Program-made: the position numbers and the translations under genes
Part shown: positions 37,847 to 46,941 of the stretch, piece after piece
How the letters are laid out: each line of letters starts with the position of its first letter
Numbering within the stretch: position 1 is the stretch's first letter
Source of the DNA: Saccharofermentans sp.
Lineage (GTDB): Bacteria; Bacillota; Clostridia; Saccharofermentanales; Saccharofermentanaceae
NCBI GenBank assembly: GCA_024403655.1
Contig: JAKSRK010000002.1
Span: 2,084 to 66,083, forward strand
Direction of reading: 5' to 3'
DNA: 64,000 nucleotides
The notes under the pieces: model-generated
What the model saw: only the letters and a program-made list of their open reading frames with translations
Told to the model about the DNA's origin: nothing
The model's database searches: none

Positions 37847-39121
37847 TCACCTCTCATCTCTGGTATTTATCTTTCTATCCTGATATTGAATCTGCGGTGG
37901 TACATCCTGAATTAACTCACCATCCATAATCATCTTGATACACTTAGCAATGTCTCCAGGTGCTCTAAGATGTGAAATGCGATTTTTCTTCCATGTACCC
38001 TTGGTTCCGTTTATAGAGTTATAAAGTTTAATACCCTTTGCTGGCGGATCCCAGGAATTAAGATTAATCGTATAATCATCCAGTAAATAGTCTTTCTCGG
38101 TTATTCCACCTCTTATTGCTGCACCCTTATCGGATCCACAAGGAACGAAGATTCTATTTTGATCATCAAGCCACGGCATATGCTTATCAAGCCAGGCATT
38201 TTTCTCTGCTAATGCGTACTTACTATCAGTCAGTACAGCTGACAAAATATGGACTTCTACGTCTGGATTAAGCTGCTTAAAAAGTTTAATCGCATCGATA
38301 ACATTTTGGTTCGGTTTAAGATTCATGAAATAATTCTTTTCATATAATCTCTCCAAAGTATCAACAGGTTTGAATTCGGCAACCGTCCCATCCATATCCA
38401 CGAACAATCTTGTCTTTCTCTCTCCGGTATTGATATGCTCCGGTATTTTCTCGAACTTCTTAATAAGCTCCGGACTAACCTTTTCAGGATCCAATTTGAT
38501 TTCAGCTGGAATTATATCTTTAAAATGCTCATAGGCACTTCTGTAGACATCCTCATTAACCTGGCCAGAAAAGTAAGCCTGAAGCTCATGTATCCATTCA
38601 TCGATGAATTCCTCTTTATCTTCGTATTTGTCGTTCCACCACATATCAGAAAACGACTCAAACAGCTCATAATTCTTCTCAATGAGATCGCTCCAATTAG
38701 CTTCTACTTCGCTGAAATGTATGCTTTCTACAGAAGTAATATAGGTATTAGATACCATTAGGTCATAGAATTTACTGTAATAGTTGGTATTATTTTCAAA
38801 ATCTATCTGTACACATGAGATGGATGCGTTATAATCGACATCTACAACGTTTAGATTTCCGCCTGATACTGTAAGCATATCTTTTACAGATACTACGATT
38901 GGATCAGGTTCACGGAGAAGTTCTTTCCAATTAGGTATAGTCGATAAGCTCCCCATATTACCGCTATTCATAAGATCCGCTACAATGCCCGAGAATTTAC
39001 CTTTTCTAGCCTGTGATAATAGCTCCTTACTAATTTTATCCTGAAGTTCAGGCGGCAAATCACTAATCTTTGTCTCGTCTGTCATCCCACTTATATAACC
39101 GTTGTAATTAACTTTTGCCAT
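37847..39121 (-). CDS. Multidomain protein with C-terminal HAD 5'(3')-deoxyribonucleotidase (NT5C-like) domain
   Basis: LFVDMDGTVAEF, ILSA, EKNAWL, LLDDY. Confidence 0.7.
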   Translation of the reverse strand: MAKVNYNGYISGMTDETKISDLPPELQDKISKELLSQARKGKFSGIVADLMNSGNMGSLSTIPNWKELLREPDPIVVSVKDMLTVSGGNLNVVDVDYNASISCVQIDFENNTNYYSKFYDLMVSNTYITSVESIHFSEVEANWSDLIEKNYELFESFSDMWWNDKYEDKEEFIDEWIHELQAYFSGQVNEDVYRSAYEHFKDIIPAEIKLDPEKVSPELIKKFEKIPEHINTGERKTRLFVDMDGTVAEFKPVDTLERLYEKNYFMNLKPNQNVIDAIKLFKQLNPDVEVHILSAVLTDSKYALAEKNAWLDKHMPWLDDQNRIFVPCGSDKGAAIRGGITEKDYLLDDYTINLNSWDPPAKGIKLYNSINGTKGTWKKNRISHLRAPGDIAKCIKMIMDGELIQDVPPQIQYQDRKINTRDER

Positions 39122-39123
39122 CC

Positions 39124-40470
39124 TCAATACCTCTCTTTATTTTGAACTGAATATTTATCTTTTGACATCTGTGGTGATCTGCGATTGTGATTAAGTATGT
39201 AATCGCAATAGGAAATCTCTTTCTCAAGCTTCTTCTTTTCAGCTTTTTTAAAATCAGGATTCGTACTCTTGTCAGATTTAATTTCTACAAGTTCACGATG
39301 AAGCTTTATTTTTATTGCTGAAACATCATTAATAGACTTGATATCATTCTTTAGAATGAAACAGGATACTCCAGATATTAACTGAAGTTCCTTATACGCT
39401 GCTTTACCATCTGCAGATAGAGTATTTCTGTTAGAATTCTGCTCAAGTTCCTTTTTATACTTGAAGTATTTATAGAAGAAATAACTATGTACTTTTCTGC
39501 CATCGACATAATAACCTCGGTGCCGACGGTATAATTTAACACTATTTATTTTCAGTCTATATATCTTCTTGGGAGTTTTTAGCTGATATCTGACATATTC
39601 TCGGTTAAGCACTTGCTTATCGTATTCGGGATCAGAAAGCCTACGATATATATCTTCTATATCATATCCATCATAACGATTTAGGTTACAAAATCGGTAA
39701 AATCTACGCTTACCATTCTTATCATATGCATCAGGCGGAGATAATGCAGGGAATTTATATCTTGATCCAACCTTAAGTTGATAGCCTTTATCTTGAAGGA
39801 TGATGTATATATCATCCAGTGATATCGAATCAACAATTGCTGCATCAACATCTCTACATATACGTTCTCGCGTATACGGCTGACCAGCTTCTCTGTTTTT
39901 CAGCCAATTCTTAGTTCCAACTTGACTAGGTTCCTCGATAATAGACAGACCATGTTCAAGACAAATCTCGTCAGATGTTCTACGCATCAAATCATAATCT
40001 TCAGGAGAATTATAGAATTTATACCCATCAGCAATAGATACGGAATTAATCACAAAATGATTATGTACGTGGCCTGTATTAACATGTGTTGCTACAACGA
40101 CCTGAAAGCGATCTCCCCAAATCCGCTGAGCAAGTTCGACACCTATAGCATGAGCTTCTGAAGGTTCAACTTCATCTGCAGCAAATGATTGATATCCATG
40201 ATAACACTGTCTACCTTTGTCTTTATGGTAAATATCTTTAGTCTCCTGGAAGTACCACGCAGCTTCTTCAGGAGAATCAACAGCAACACCACCAATACCA
40301 GAGATGAGGAATGCCTTTTCATCACGTTCAGAAATAGAGAACTCACCCTGTCCATTCATATCAAGATGAAAATCTTTCCAATTACTAGAGTCCGTTTTCT
40401 CAGGATTCATAACATAAGATATACATTTATAAACAGTATTCTTATACGACCATAGGGATGTAACAGCCAT
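39124..40470 (-). CDS. MOBP-type relaxase
   Basis: YVMNPEKT (catalytic Tyr region), YHGYQSF, ATHVNTGHVHNHFVINSV (3H motif). Confidence 0.92.
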   Translation of the reverse strand: MAVTSLWSYKNTVYKCISYVMNPEKTDSSNWKDFHLDMNGQGEFSISERDEKAFLISGIGGVAVDSPEEAAWYFQETKDIYHKDKGRQCYHGYQSFAADEVEPSEAHAIGVELAQRIWGDRFQVVVATHVNTGHVHNHFVINSVSIADGYKFYNSPEDYDLMRRTSDEICLEHGLSIIEEPSQVGTKNWLKNREAGQPYTRERICRDVDAAIVDSISLDDIYIILQDKGYQLKVGSRYKFPALSPPDAYDKNGKRRFYRFCNLNRYDGYDIEDIYRRLSDPEYDKQVLNREYVRYQLKTPKKIYRLKINSVKLYRRHRGYYVDGRKVHSYFFYKYFKYKKELEQNSNRNTLSADGKAAYKELQLISGVSCFILKNDIKSINDVSAIKIKLHRELVEIKSDKSTNPDFKKAEKKKLEKEISYCDYILNHNRRSPQMSKDKYSVQNKERY

Positions 40471-40482
40471 ATTTCCTCCAAC

Positions 40483-40520
40483 AAAAAAGCACCCGATTTC
40501 TCAGGTGCTTCAGTAGTGTT
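40483..40520 (-). repeat. 38-bp terminator-containing segment duplicated at 55658-55695
   Basis: AAAAAAGCACCCGATTTCTCAGGTGCTTCAGTAGTGTT, exact in both places. Confidence 0.9.
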
Positions 40521-40523
40521 TTT

Positions 40524-40550
40524 AACTTTGCGACAAGTCGGTAAAATGTT
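40524..40550. repeat. 27-bp ICE palindrome, copy 3 (degenerate)
   Basis: AACTTTGCGACAAGTCGGTAAAATGTT; same position relative to the duplicated terminator as copy 9. Confidence 0.65.
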
Positions 40551-40551
40551 C

Positions 40552-40983
40552 TTATAACTTGTCAGGATAATATTCTAATCCAAATTCCCGGCAGATATCA
40601 TCAACCACAATTTCTTCTCCCGATATTAAAGAACTATCAACTGTCCTAGCTATAGACTCAAATGGTACTTTATCGACTAATTCAGAACTAGAATAAGGGG
40701 TAACATAGTAAAGGTATCTATATATAAATCCCACATATCCTGCCAAATCAAAATCCGAAACATCACACTTTTTTAGTTTACCCTCGATTTCAGGAAGAAT
40801 AAAATCCATGCATTCTATAGGCGTTTCAAACTGATAACGAGAATATTCCGTATCAAAGGCTTCAGCACAGAATTCTGATTTCAAAAAAGCATTTGAAAAA
40901 TCCTCAATGGAATATCCTAATTTAGCAGCATATTTATATATTCTTTTTTGTGTGCCACAGATTTTCAATTCGATACGATCCAT
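40552..40983 (-). CDS. Hypothetical protein, partner of the DUF3990-like gene (candidate antitoxin)
   Basis: 143-aa acidic helical ORF 9 bp downstream of the DUF3990-like gene. Confidence 0.6.
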   Translation of the reverse strand: MDRIELKICGTQKRIYKYAAKLGYSIEDFSNAFLKSEFCAEAFDTEYSRYQFETPIECMDFILPEIEGKLKKCDVSDFDLAGYVGFIYRYLYYVTPYSSSELVDKVPFESIARTVDSSLISGEEIVVDDICREFGLEYYPDKL

Positions 40984-40992
40984 AACTACTTC

Positions 40993-41658
40993 TTACCTTT
41001 CTCTTGACTGTTTCTCGCGGTTAAGTTCTTCCCGAACAATCTCATCAAGATACCTACCTTTTCCTCTTGTATTGCGAATGGCTTGATCTACTGCATCAAG
41101 AGCAATCCTTCGAGACTCTTTTGCATGTCGTTGTGCTTCTTCGAGCTCGACACCCTGAAGTTTCATACAACTAACAACTTCAATCTTAGAACAAGCATAT
41201 TCAGTTTTAGCAACATATTGAAAGCCGTAATTTACAGACTGAAGACATTCAATCAGAGCTACATCTGTCATTCCATAACTAGCAAAACGCTCTAAAGCAT
41301 CAAGCATTCTATCATCAGCAATCTTACCAACTACAACATCATAATGATTCAGCTTGTTTCTCCACCTTTTAGCGAGCTTAAGCTTATTGAACTCGTCACA
41401 ATACCGTCTATTAGAAAGGACTCCATTAAGCCAATTATTTCCATCCAATACTAAAATACGTTCATCAGGAATCTCCGATAGCTTCAAACGAAGAGTATAT
41501 AAAACTGGTTCTCTTTTTTCAGAAACAAGAGACGACGCTTGCATTTTATCGCTCCCCATATAGAAGCCTTTACCAAAATCACAAGACTCTCGACTCTCTG
41601 GCTGAATATCCCCTATAATTCCACCACGCGAACCATGATAAAGAATAATATCATCCAT
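40993..41658 (-). CDS. DUF3990-like protein (ADP-ribosyltransferase-like LYHGS..DFGKGFY signature)
   Basis: ILYHGS, DFGKGFY, W..NR, YDVVVGKIADDR, GFQY motifs recognised from memory of the family. Confidence 0.7.
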   Translation of the reverse strand: MDDIILYHGSRGGIIGDIQPESRESCDFGKGFYMGSDKMQASSLVSEKREPVLYTLRLKLSEIPDERILVLDGNNWLNGVLSNRRYCDEFNKLKLAKRWRNKLNHYDVVVGKIADDRMLDALERFASYGMTDVALIECLQSVNYGFQYVAKTEYACSKIEVVSCMKLQGVELEEAQRHAKESRRIALDAVDQAIRNTRGKGRYLDEIVREELNREKQSRER

Positions 41659-42031
41659 TATTTCTATTCCTTTCTGTTAACTCTACGCCAAGTTGGCACG
41701 AAGAAATACTTTCGTAACTTCTTTTCTCTTTAACTAACGTTATGACTTCTTTAAGTTCATCTGTAGTTTCTTTAAGTTTAAGTTCATCCATAATGATTCC
41801 GTGAGAATTGGCAACAGCAGCGATTTGATTAAGGTTATTACCGATCCTCATCAGCTGTCGGACTTCTTCTCGCATCTCCTTCGTCATCGGCGGTGGAACC
41901 TTGCCATCTCGAATCAGATGTCGTATAACGTCGGATGCGGTCAGCTCAGACTTATCCGCAAGCTTTTGAAGTCGGGTATAATCCTTGTCAGATAGTCTGA
42001 TTCGAATGGATTTATTCATTTTTTCTCTCAT
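41651..42031 (-). CDS. MobC relaxosome accessory protein (RHH)
   Basis: SIRIRLS..Y..L..LA..S.LT.SDVIR RHH plus LMRIGNNLNQIA MobC signature. Confidence 0.88.
   Translation of the reverse strand: MREKMNKSIRIRLSDKDYTRLQKLADKSELTASDVIRHLIRDGKVPPPMTKEMREEVRQLMRIGNNLNQIAAVANSHGIIMDELKLKETTDELKEVITLVKEKRSYESISSCQLGVELTERNRNNG
41679..41705. repeat. 27-bp ICE palindrome, copy 4 (3' end of mobC, before the DUF3990 SD)
   Basis: AACTCTACGCCAAGTTGGCACGAAGAA. Confidence 0.85.
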
Positions 42032-42049
42032 AACATACCCTTCCATTTT

Positions 42050-42076
42050 AACTTCGTGCCAACTTGGCACGAAGTT
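42050..42076. repeat. 27-bp ICE palindrome, copy 5 (perfect)
   Basis: AACTTCGTGCCAACTTGGCACGAAGTT. Confidence 0.95.
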
Positions 42077-42077
42077 A

Positions 42078-42269
42078 TCAGTGCTCAAATTCTCTTCTTT
42101 GTTCATTTGACAGATCAGCCGGTGGAACGATCGGCAAACTGCAATATCTGATCAAATATCGTATTGTACTCGAAGCGGTAAAACCGTTCGCAGCTGCCAG
42201 TTTCTGCAGACGATTAAACTCACACTCGGACATTCTGAAATGAAGTCTACGGCTAAGTTGTTCCTTCAT
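42078..42269 (-). CDS. Small RHH protein, paralog of the MobC N-terminal domain
   Basis: SD AGAGGT; RLHFRMSECEFNRLQKLAAANGFTASSTIRYLIR aligns with MobC. Confidence 0.7.
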   Translation of the reverse strand: MKEQLSRRLHFRMSECEFNRLQKLAAANGFTASSTIRYLIRYCSLPIVPPADLSNEQRREFEH

Positions 42270-42279
42270 ATGTCACCTC

Positions 42280-42420
42280 TAGCCCTGAGGGCTTTTCTCT
42301 TTTATTATACATCCCGAAACGAAAATTCGTCTCGGCGAGCAACGAATTTGTATCCACAATATGGATACAAATCATATTTAGGGCTTTGCCCTAAGACCCA
42401 TACTTTGACATCCGTCAAAG
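42280..42420. other. Candidate oriT
   Basis: Intergenic region upstream of the RHH/mobC/relaxase genes with hairpins AATTCGT/ACGAATT, ATTTGTATCC/GGATACAAAT and TAGGGC-TTT-GCCCTA. The nic site was not identified. Confidence 0.45.
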
Positions 42421-42421
42421 A

Positions 42422-43882
42422 TCATCTGCTCTCCCTTCGGATCGATTTATCGTTTTTCTTGGTCGGGAGATTACCTTCTGCAGCTCGATAAGAACGGAGA
42501 TATTCATTGTAATCTTTGGTCAAAATCTGTTCTCCGTTTTTGATTTTTTCTCTGCCGTCGATATCAACAGCAGGTATCGCTGGTGATAAATACACAACCG
42601 CTTCGATACCTTTATCTTCGAGATATTCTTTTATCTTTTTTGCATTAACGGGCCCCGCCGCCTTGTCCTCACCTACCTTTTTTACAACATCATAATCATT
42701 GTCGAGACAGATGAAAACCTTATTGATGTCAGGACGAGAATTAAGAAAATTATCTAGGGCAACTGTTGAAACACCACCTAAGGAAAGATAGTTCGCAAGC
42801 TCATCTTCAGGGTATTTTTCTTTAACAATATCCATATAACTAAATGCATCCATAGGAGTTTCAAAGAGAAACAATCTACTTGAGTTAGGATTTTCATGTC
42901 TCCATGAAAATTCCTTTGAAGAGTTCTCAGCTTCACCTTTAAACGGCTTCCTAGTAGTATCACTGTTACAGTGATATTTATCCCAGGTTTCCCAAAGTTC
43001 ACGTTTATACGCATACCTTATCTGACCTTCAGGATCCTTTCCTGGAACAACCATGTTATACCGTGGATTCTTTAATTCAACGGTATTGCCATCTTTATCA
43101 ATATAAGATTTTATTTCAGTCTCATACACATAACCTTCTTTGATCAACCAACGAACAAACTTATCACTTAATCCGCGGGTTAATGTTAAATAGGAATATA
43201 CATGCTTATTAGTATTATTCTTTTCAGGAGCTATGAAATCTTTACTTGTAGCAACTACTACAGCCTTTTCAGGCAAGCCTTTACCAAAGGCTTCACTTAT
43301 ATATTCTCTTGTAGCATCATCAGCATTATCAAGTAGAAGCTGATACAGCTCCGCAACGGAACCAACACTATTCCACAATGGCTCAGAAATACCACCAGGC
43401 TTAATCTGTCTTATCTGTTCCTTAGTAAGCAATGATAGATCCGCAGCTGAAAAGAATTTTGTATTAGACAACTTTCTCTCTTTTCGACTATTCTCTTGAA
43501 TTTTACTTTCCTGAAGATGTTCTTCCCAAGACTGAGAAGGAACACCGTAAACTGCCAAATGAATCTCTTCGTAAATTTTCATGCGGTCGGCTTTGGTAAT
43601 ATCCTGATATCCACAATAATCTCGAAGAAATTCATAAGCGTAATAGCAGCCTTTTTTACCTGATGCCCAATGTTTAAATCCGTTGGTCGTAATACTTACT
43701 GTATCGTGAGAAGCACCGTCATAGTCACAGGTATATATCGGCTCACCTGTTTTCTTATCGTACTTCCCTGTATCGTATGCGCGATATGCTCCCTTACCTG
43801 AAGTAAGGTAATCGTAGACAGATACTTTGGAAGCTCTATCTATCTCTTCTTTTGTATAGAAATACCTTGTTGTATCTGACAT
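42422..43882 (-). CDS. DUF3991/Toprim-domain protein (putative ICE primase-like)
   Basis: YLTLTRGL, LFLFETPMDAFSY, LSLGGVS, ICLDND, KDYNEYL. Confidence 0.75.
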   Translation of the reverse strand: MSDTTRYFYTKEEIDRASKVSVYDYLTSGKGAYRAYDTGKYDKKTGEPIYTCDYDGASHDTVSITTNGFKHWASGKKGCYYAYEFLRDYCGYQDITKADRMKIYEEIHLAVYGVPSQSWEEHLQESKIQENSRKERKLSNTKFFSAADLSLLTKEQIRQIKPGGISEPLWNSVGSVAELYQLLLDNADDATREYISEAFGKGLPEKAVVVATSKDFIAPEKNNTNKHVYSYLTLTRGLSDKFVRWLIKEGYVYETEIKSYIDKDGNTVELKNPRYNMVVPGKDPEGQIRYAYKRELWETWDKYHCNSDTTRKPFKGEAENSSKEFSWRHENPNSSRLFLFETPMDAFSYMDIVKEKYPEDELANYLSLGGVSTVALDNFLNSRPDINKVFICLDNDYDVVKKVGEDKAAGPVNAKKIKEYLEDKGIEAVVYLSPAIPAVDIDGREKIKNGEQILTKDYNEYLRSYRAAEGNLPTKKNDKSIRRESR

Positions 43883-43897
43883 ATTTAACTTCCTTTC

Positions 43898-43924
43898 TAC
43901 TTTGCGCCAAGTTGGCGCGAAGTT
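43898..43924. repeat. 27-bp ICE palindrome, copy 6 (overlaps the TAA of the upstream gene)
   Basis: TACTTTGCGCCAAGTTGGCGCGAAGTT. Confidence 0.92.
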
Positions 43925-44750
43925 AGTTGTCGGGACGATTTAGAAACAGTCTCTTTGCAACATCGTTCATTGAAGTCATAAATTCCTCCACGAAAGTTAT
44001 CGATGTAGTCTTTGCTACCATTAATACTGACTTAAGAGGTTTCCCATATGAGATATATCTCCCTAACTCTAGTCCCAATGCAGTTTTGATATCTGGATGA
44101 ATCTCAAAACCAAGCTTGTAACATACAGCTACAGTTGTGCTGCAAGCCTTAAAGTTTGCATCATCAGCATTGTTATTTGTTAGTAGCGTATGAATATACG
44201 AATAGATATACATAGATAAATTCGTGCCATCATCATCTGGTTCGACCTTATGTGTTTTATATGACTTAGATACCAAATCATCAAAGGCTAGACAGCATAA
44301 AGTGATAGGATATTTTTGACGGACTCCAGGACGACAATTCGTTTGAGAGACATCAAATGTATAATAGGACTTAAAAACAAAACTTTGTTTGACCTCGTTA
44401 TTCTCAACATAAGTACCTGTCGATACTCTTTTACGAAGAAGAATACCTTCAGAATTCTTCTTGATGCTTACCTTTTGTTTTTTCCATTCATCGAATGTCT
44501 TTATAGTAGAAGCTTCAGGGCACTGAGCATAAAGCAAGATGTTATTGGACAAAGATAACCTTTCGAATCGTCCAATAATATCGAGACACTTGAGAAGTTC
44601 CTGCGGATCAGTACTACATCTGCAGTATGCATCTTCTTCAAGCTGTTTCATAAGCTGCTTGCGTTCTTCGTCCTGTTTCTTAAGATAAGCATGTTGCTCT
44701 TCCTTGGTGAGCTTACTGAACTCCATGATATCGTGTTCATTTTCAGCCAT
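43923..44750 (-). CDS. ArdC-N-like ssDNA-binding domain protein
   Basis: RFERLSLSNNILLYAQCPEASTIKTFDEWKK..IKK..GI..F..YYTFDVSQT. Confidence 0.65.
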   Translation of the reverse strand: MAENEHDIMEFSKLTKEEQHAYLKKQDEERKQLMKQLEEDAYCRCSTDPQELLKCLDIIGRFERLSLSNNILLYAQCPEASTIKTFDEWKKQKVSIKKNSEGILLRKRVSTGTYVENNEVKQSFVFKSYYTFDVSQTNCRPGVRQKYPITLCCLAFDDLVSKSYKTHKVEPDDDGTNLSMYIYSYIHTLLTNNNADDANFKACSTTVAVCYKLGFEIHPDIKTALGLELGRYISYGKPLKSVLMVAKTTSITFVEEFMTSMNDVAKRLFLNRPDN

Positions 44751-44761
44751 ATAAAAACTCC

Positions 44762-45073
44762 TTATCGACGTCCAGCGATAAACAGTGCTATGGCTCCAGC
44801 AAACATTACGATTGCACCGCCAAAAGCTGATTTAAGTGCAGTCTTTTTTTCGTGAGGACTCTGCTCACTCCAAGCAAAGCCAAACATTACGATAGAAACA
44901 ACAAGCCAGATGAATCCAATTCCAGTACAAAGGCTAGCTATAAGTGTAGCCAATCTATTAATTGGCTCATCAAGCTCAGAGATACCTGTATCAGATATGT
45001 TAATATCGTCGTCAGCCATGAGCATGAAGATTCTTGAAGAAAGACTGTAATAAGTATTAATAAGTGAATGCAT
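44762..45073 (-). CDS. Small two-TM pilin-like (VirB2/Maff2-type) protein
   Basis: 103 aa with two hydrophobic helices separated by SEQSPHEKKTALK. Confidence 0.5.
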   Translation of the reverse strand: MHSLINTYYSLSSRIFMLMADDDINISDTGISELDEPINRLATLIASLCTGIGFIWLVVSIVMFGFAWSEQSPHEKKTALKSAFGGAIVMFAGAIALFIAGRR

Positions 45074-45149
45074 ATTGTATAATCTCCTTTAAAGTAAGAT
45101 AAGAGCTGCCCCAAACGAAGCAGCTCCTATCTTTTGTCCAATTCGTATC

Positions 45150-45176
45150 AGCTTCGTGCCAATTTGGCGCGAAGTT
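45150..45176. repeat. 27-bp ICE palindrome, copy 7
   Basis: AGCTTCGTGCCAATTTGGCGCGAAGTT, 2 bp after the stop at 45179. Confidence 0.92.
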
Positions 45177-45178
45177 GA

Positions 45179-46168
45179 TTAACGTTCAAGCCCTCTATCC
45201 TTGTTCTGAGTCTTATCGTGTTCAATACCATCGTGAGCGATTGCAAGAGTTTTGCTATTCTTATCATAAGCATAGACACTATTAGACAAAAATTCCTTTG
45301 AATCAAGAACTTCTTTATTTACATCAGCAACGGTAGCAGCAAGGAAATTCAAATCACACTCACTCTTGGGTACGATTAGAACTTCATTAACTGAAGACGG
45401 AAGAACATATACGGGACCTAACTTATCAGTTATTTTATCCATTATAGAAGAATTCGCAGCCAAAGCTGCGCCGAAATTTCCACGTTCATTACTCAAAACG
45501 AAGAGAGGTGAAAGATAATCCGAAACTACAATTGGTTCAACATCCTCGAGAAGATTTGTTTTAGAATTTTCATTCATAATAGCAGCTAATGCCGCATCCT
45601 GAATGTTCATGAATGAAATCGGTCTTTCAGATATATTCTGCATAGCAACATCATGGAGCGTCTTCTTATCAACACCCCACGTATTCATAAGATCATCAGT
45701 CACTACAACGCTAGAAACACCATCTCTATCTTCATGAATAATCATTTGATATACAACTGATAAATCTGCGACATTCTCATGCGGCTTGTTCATGAGATAA
45801 TCCTTATTGATATCCGAATTAATAAGTCGTGTTGTGAGTCGAGTCTTAGCAAACTCCCAAGATAGTAGGTCATTCTTGTTAGCCATAACATGAGGTTCAG
45901 ATGCGTTCATACGAATATCAGCTAGACTGTCTAGTATATAGTCCATATCTTTACCGTTTTGAAACTGCTCATATGCTTCAGTCAAATTAAGCAACGGAGT
46001 AACCGACATAGTTTCTGAAGGATCCCTGATGATCAAAGCGTCATACTGAATACCAACTTTAGAAATAGATTCAAACTTCATGTCATGATTCTCATACTCT
46101 GCAGAAAGAAACTCCTTGATATGATCTTTAACATAGTCCTTAAATGCCTCATAGCTTAATTCTGGCAT
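45179..46168 (-). CDS. DUF5688-like protein common in Clostridia ICEs
   Basis: LINSDINKDYL..PH..ADL.VVY..LHDVAMQN..LFVLSN..FGAA..VYVLPSSVNEVLIVP..LSNSVY.YD. Confidence 0.65.
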   Translation of the reverse strand: MPELSYEAFKDYVKDHIKEFLSAEYENHDMKFESISKVGIQYDALIIRDPSETMSVTPLLNLTEAYEQFQNGKDMDYILDSLADIRMNASEPHVMANKNDLLSWEFAKTRLTTRLINSDINKDYLMNKPHENVADLSVVYQMIIHEDRDGVSSVVVTDDLMNTWGVDKKTLHDVAMQNISERPISFMNIQDAALAAIMNENSKTNLLEDVEPIVVSDYLSPLFVLSNERGNFGAALAANSSIMDKITDKLGPVYVLPSSVNEVLIVPKSECDLNFLAATVADVNKEVLDSKEFLSNSVYAYDKNSKTLAIAHDGIEHDKTQNKDRGLER

Positions 46169-46169
46169 A

Positions 46170-46313
46170 TTACTTATCCCCCTTCTTAATTGCTTCCACA
46201 TACTTGTTCATGCGTCCTGCATCCACGGATGCAGCTTCTGATGTGATGACGATCTTCTGAGATCCTACATCTACGATAAAGTCCTGAGACTTCTTAGTGT
46301 TAGTCTGATTCAT
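46170..46313 (-). CDS. 47-aa hypothetical protein (not in the ORF track)
   Basis: SD AAGGAGG; MNQTNTKKSQDFIVDVGSQKIVITSEAASVDAGRMNKYVEAIKKGDK; stop is 1 bp before the next ATG. Confidence 0.55.
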   Translation of the reverse strand: MNQTNTKKSQDFIVDVGSQKIVITSEAASVDAGRMNKYVEAIKKGDK

Positions 46314-46443
46314 AAAAGAATCCTCCTTGGAAATTTATTTATTAATAAAGCGTCACCGACACTTGATTAACCGATTTTGATACAAATAAAAAGAACGCCA
46401 ACCGACGTTCCTTTGTTTTATCTCTCATAGATGAACTTCATAA

Positions 46444-46941
46444 TCAATTGAATAGCTTGGCGTACCTTGTATTAGGAGCTATGCTAAGAGGAACCGCATA
46501 TCCTTCATCTAATATCTTTTTATTTAGCATTATTAACTCATCTTCATCGTAATAGTAAACATATGCCAGGAGTCGATCATAAGCGTCAATTTTTTCTTGA
46601 TCGAACTCAAGATAAACCTCATCAATACCAGCCAAAAGTTCAGATACATAATCTGATGCAGCATGACCTTCAGGTGTATTCCTTGATTCATCAGGATGAA
46701 CACTTTCAGGAGCATTGATTCCTATAAGTCTGACAGTCTGTTCTTCGCCATCAAGTATTACTACGATAGTGTCTCCGTCTACTACTCTTACAAATTCAGC
46801 TGCAACAGTTGTCGGAGCTATATCATCTACACAAATCTCTTTGTACTTATGAACCCCTACAAGCATTATTAGTATTCCTGCAAGAAGATAACACAAAGTA
46901 TTAAAAGCCTTCTCTAACGTCTTTCGTCTAATCGTTAGCAT
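46444..46941 (-). CDS. Thermonuclease (SNase) family, membrane-anchored
   Basis: N-terminal TM; RVVDGDTI, VRLIGINAPES, DAYDRLLAYVY. Start codon uncertain. Confidence 0.85.
   Translation of the reverse strand: MLTIRRKTLEKAFNTLCYLLAGILIMLVGVHKYKEICVDDIAPTTVAAEFVRVVDGDTIVVILDGEEQTVRLIGINAPESVHPDESRNTPEGHAASDYVSELLAGIDEVYLEFDQEKIDAYDRLLAYVYYYDEDELIMLNKKILDEGYAVPLSIAPNTRYAKLFN

Noticed and set aside
42240-42491. 83-aa plus-strand ORF and the 28392-28643 ORF
   Set aside because: They overlap hairpin-rich non-coding regions, have no SD and show no protein-like pattern.
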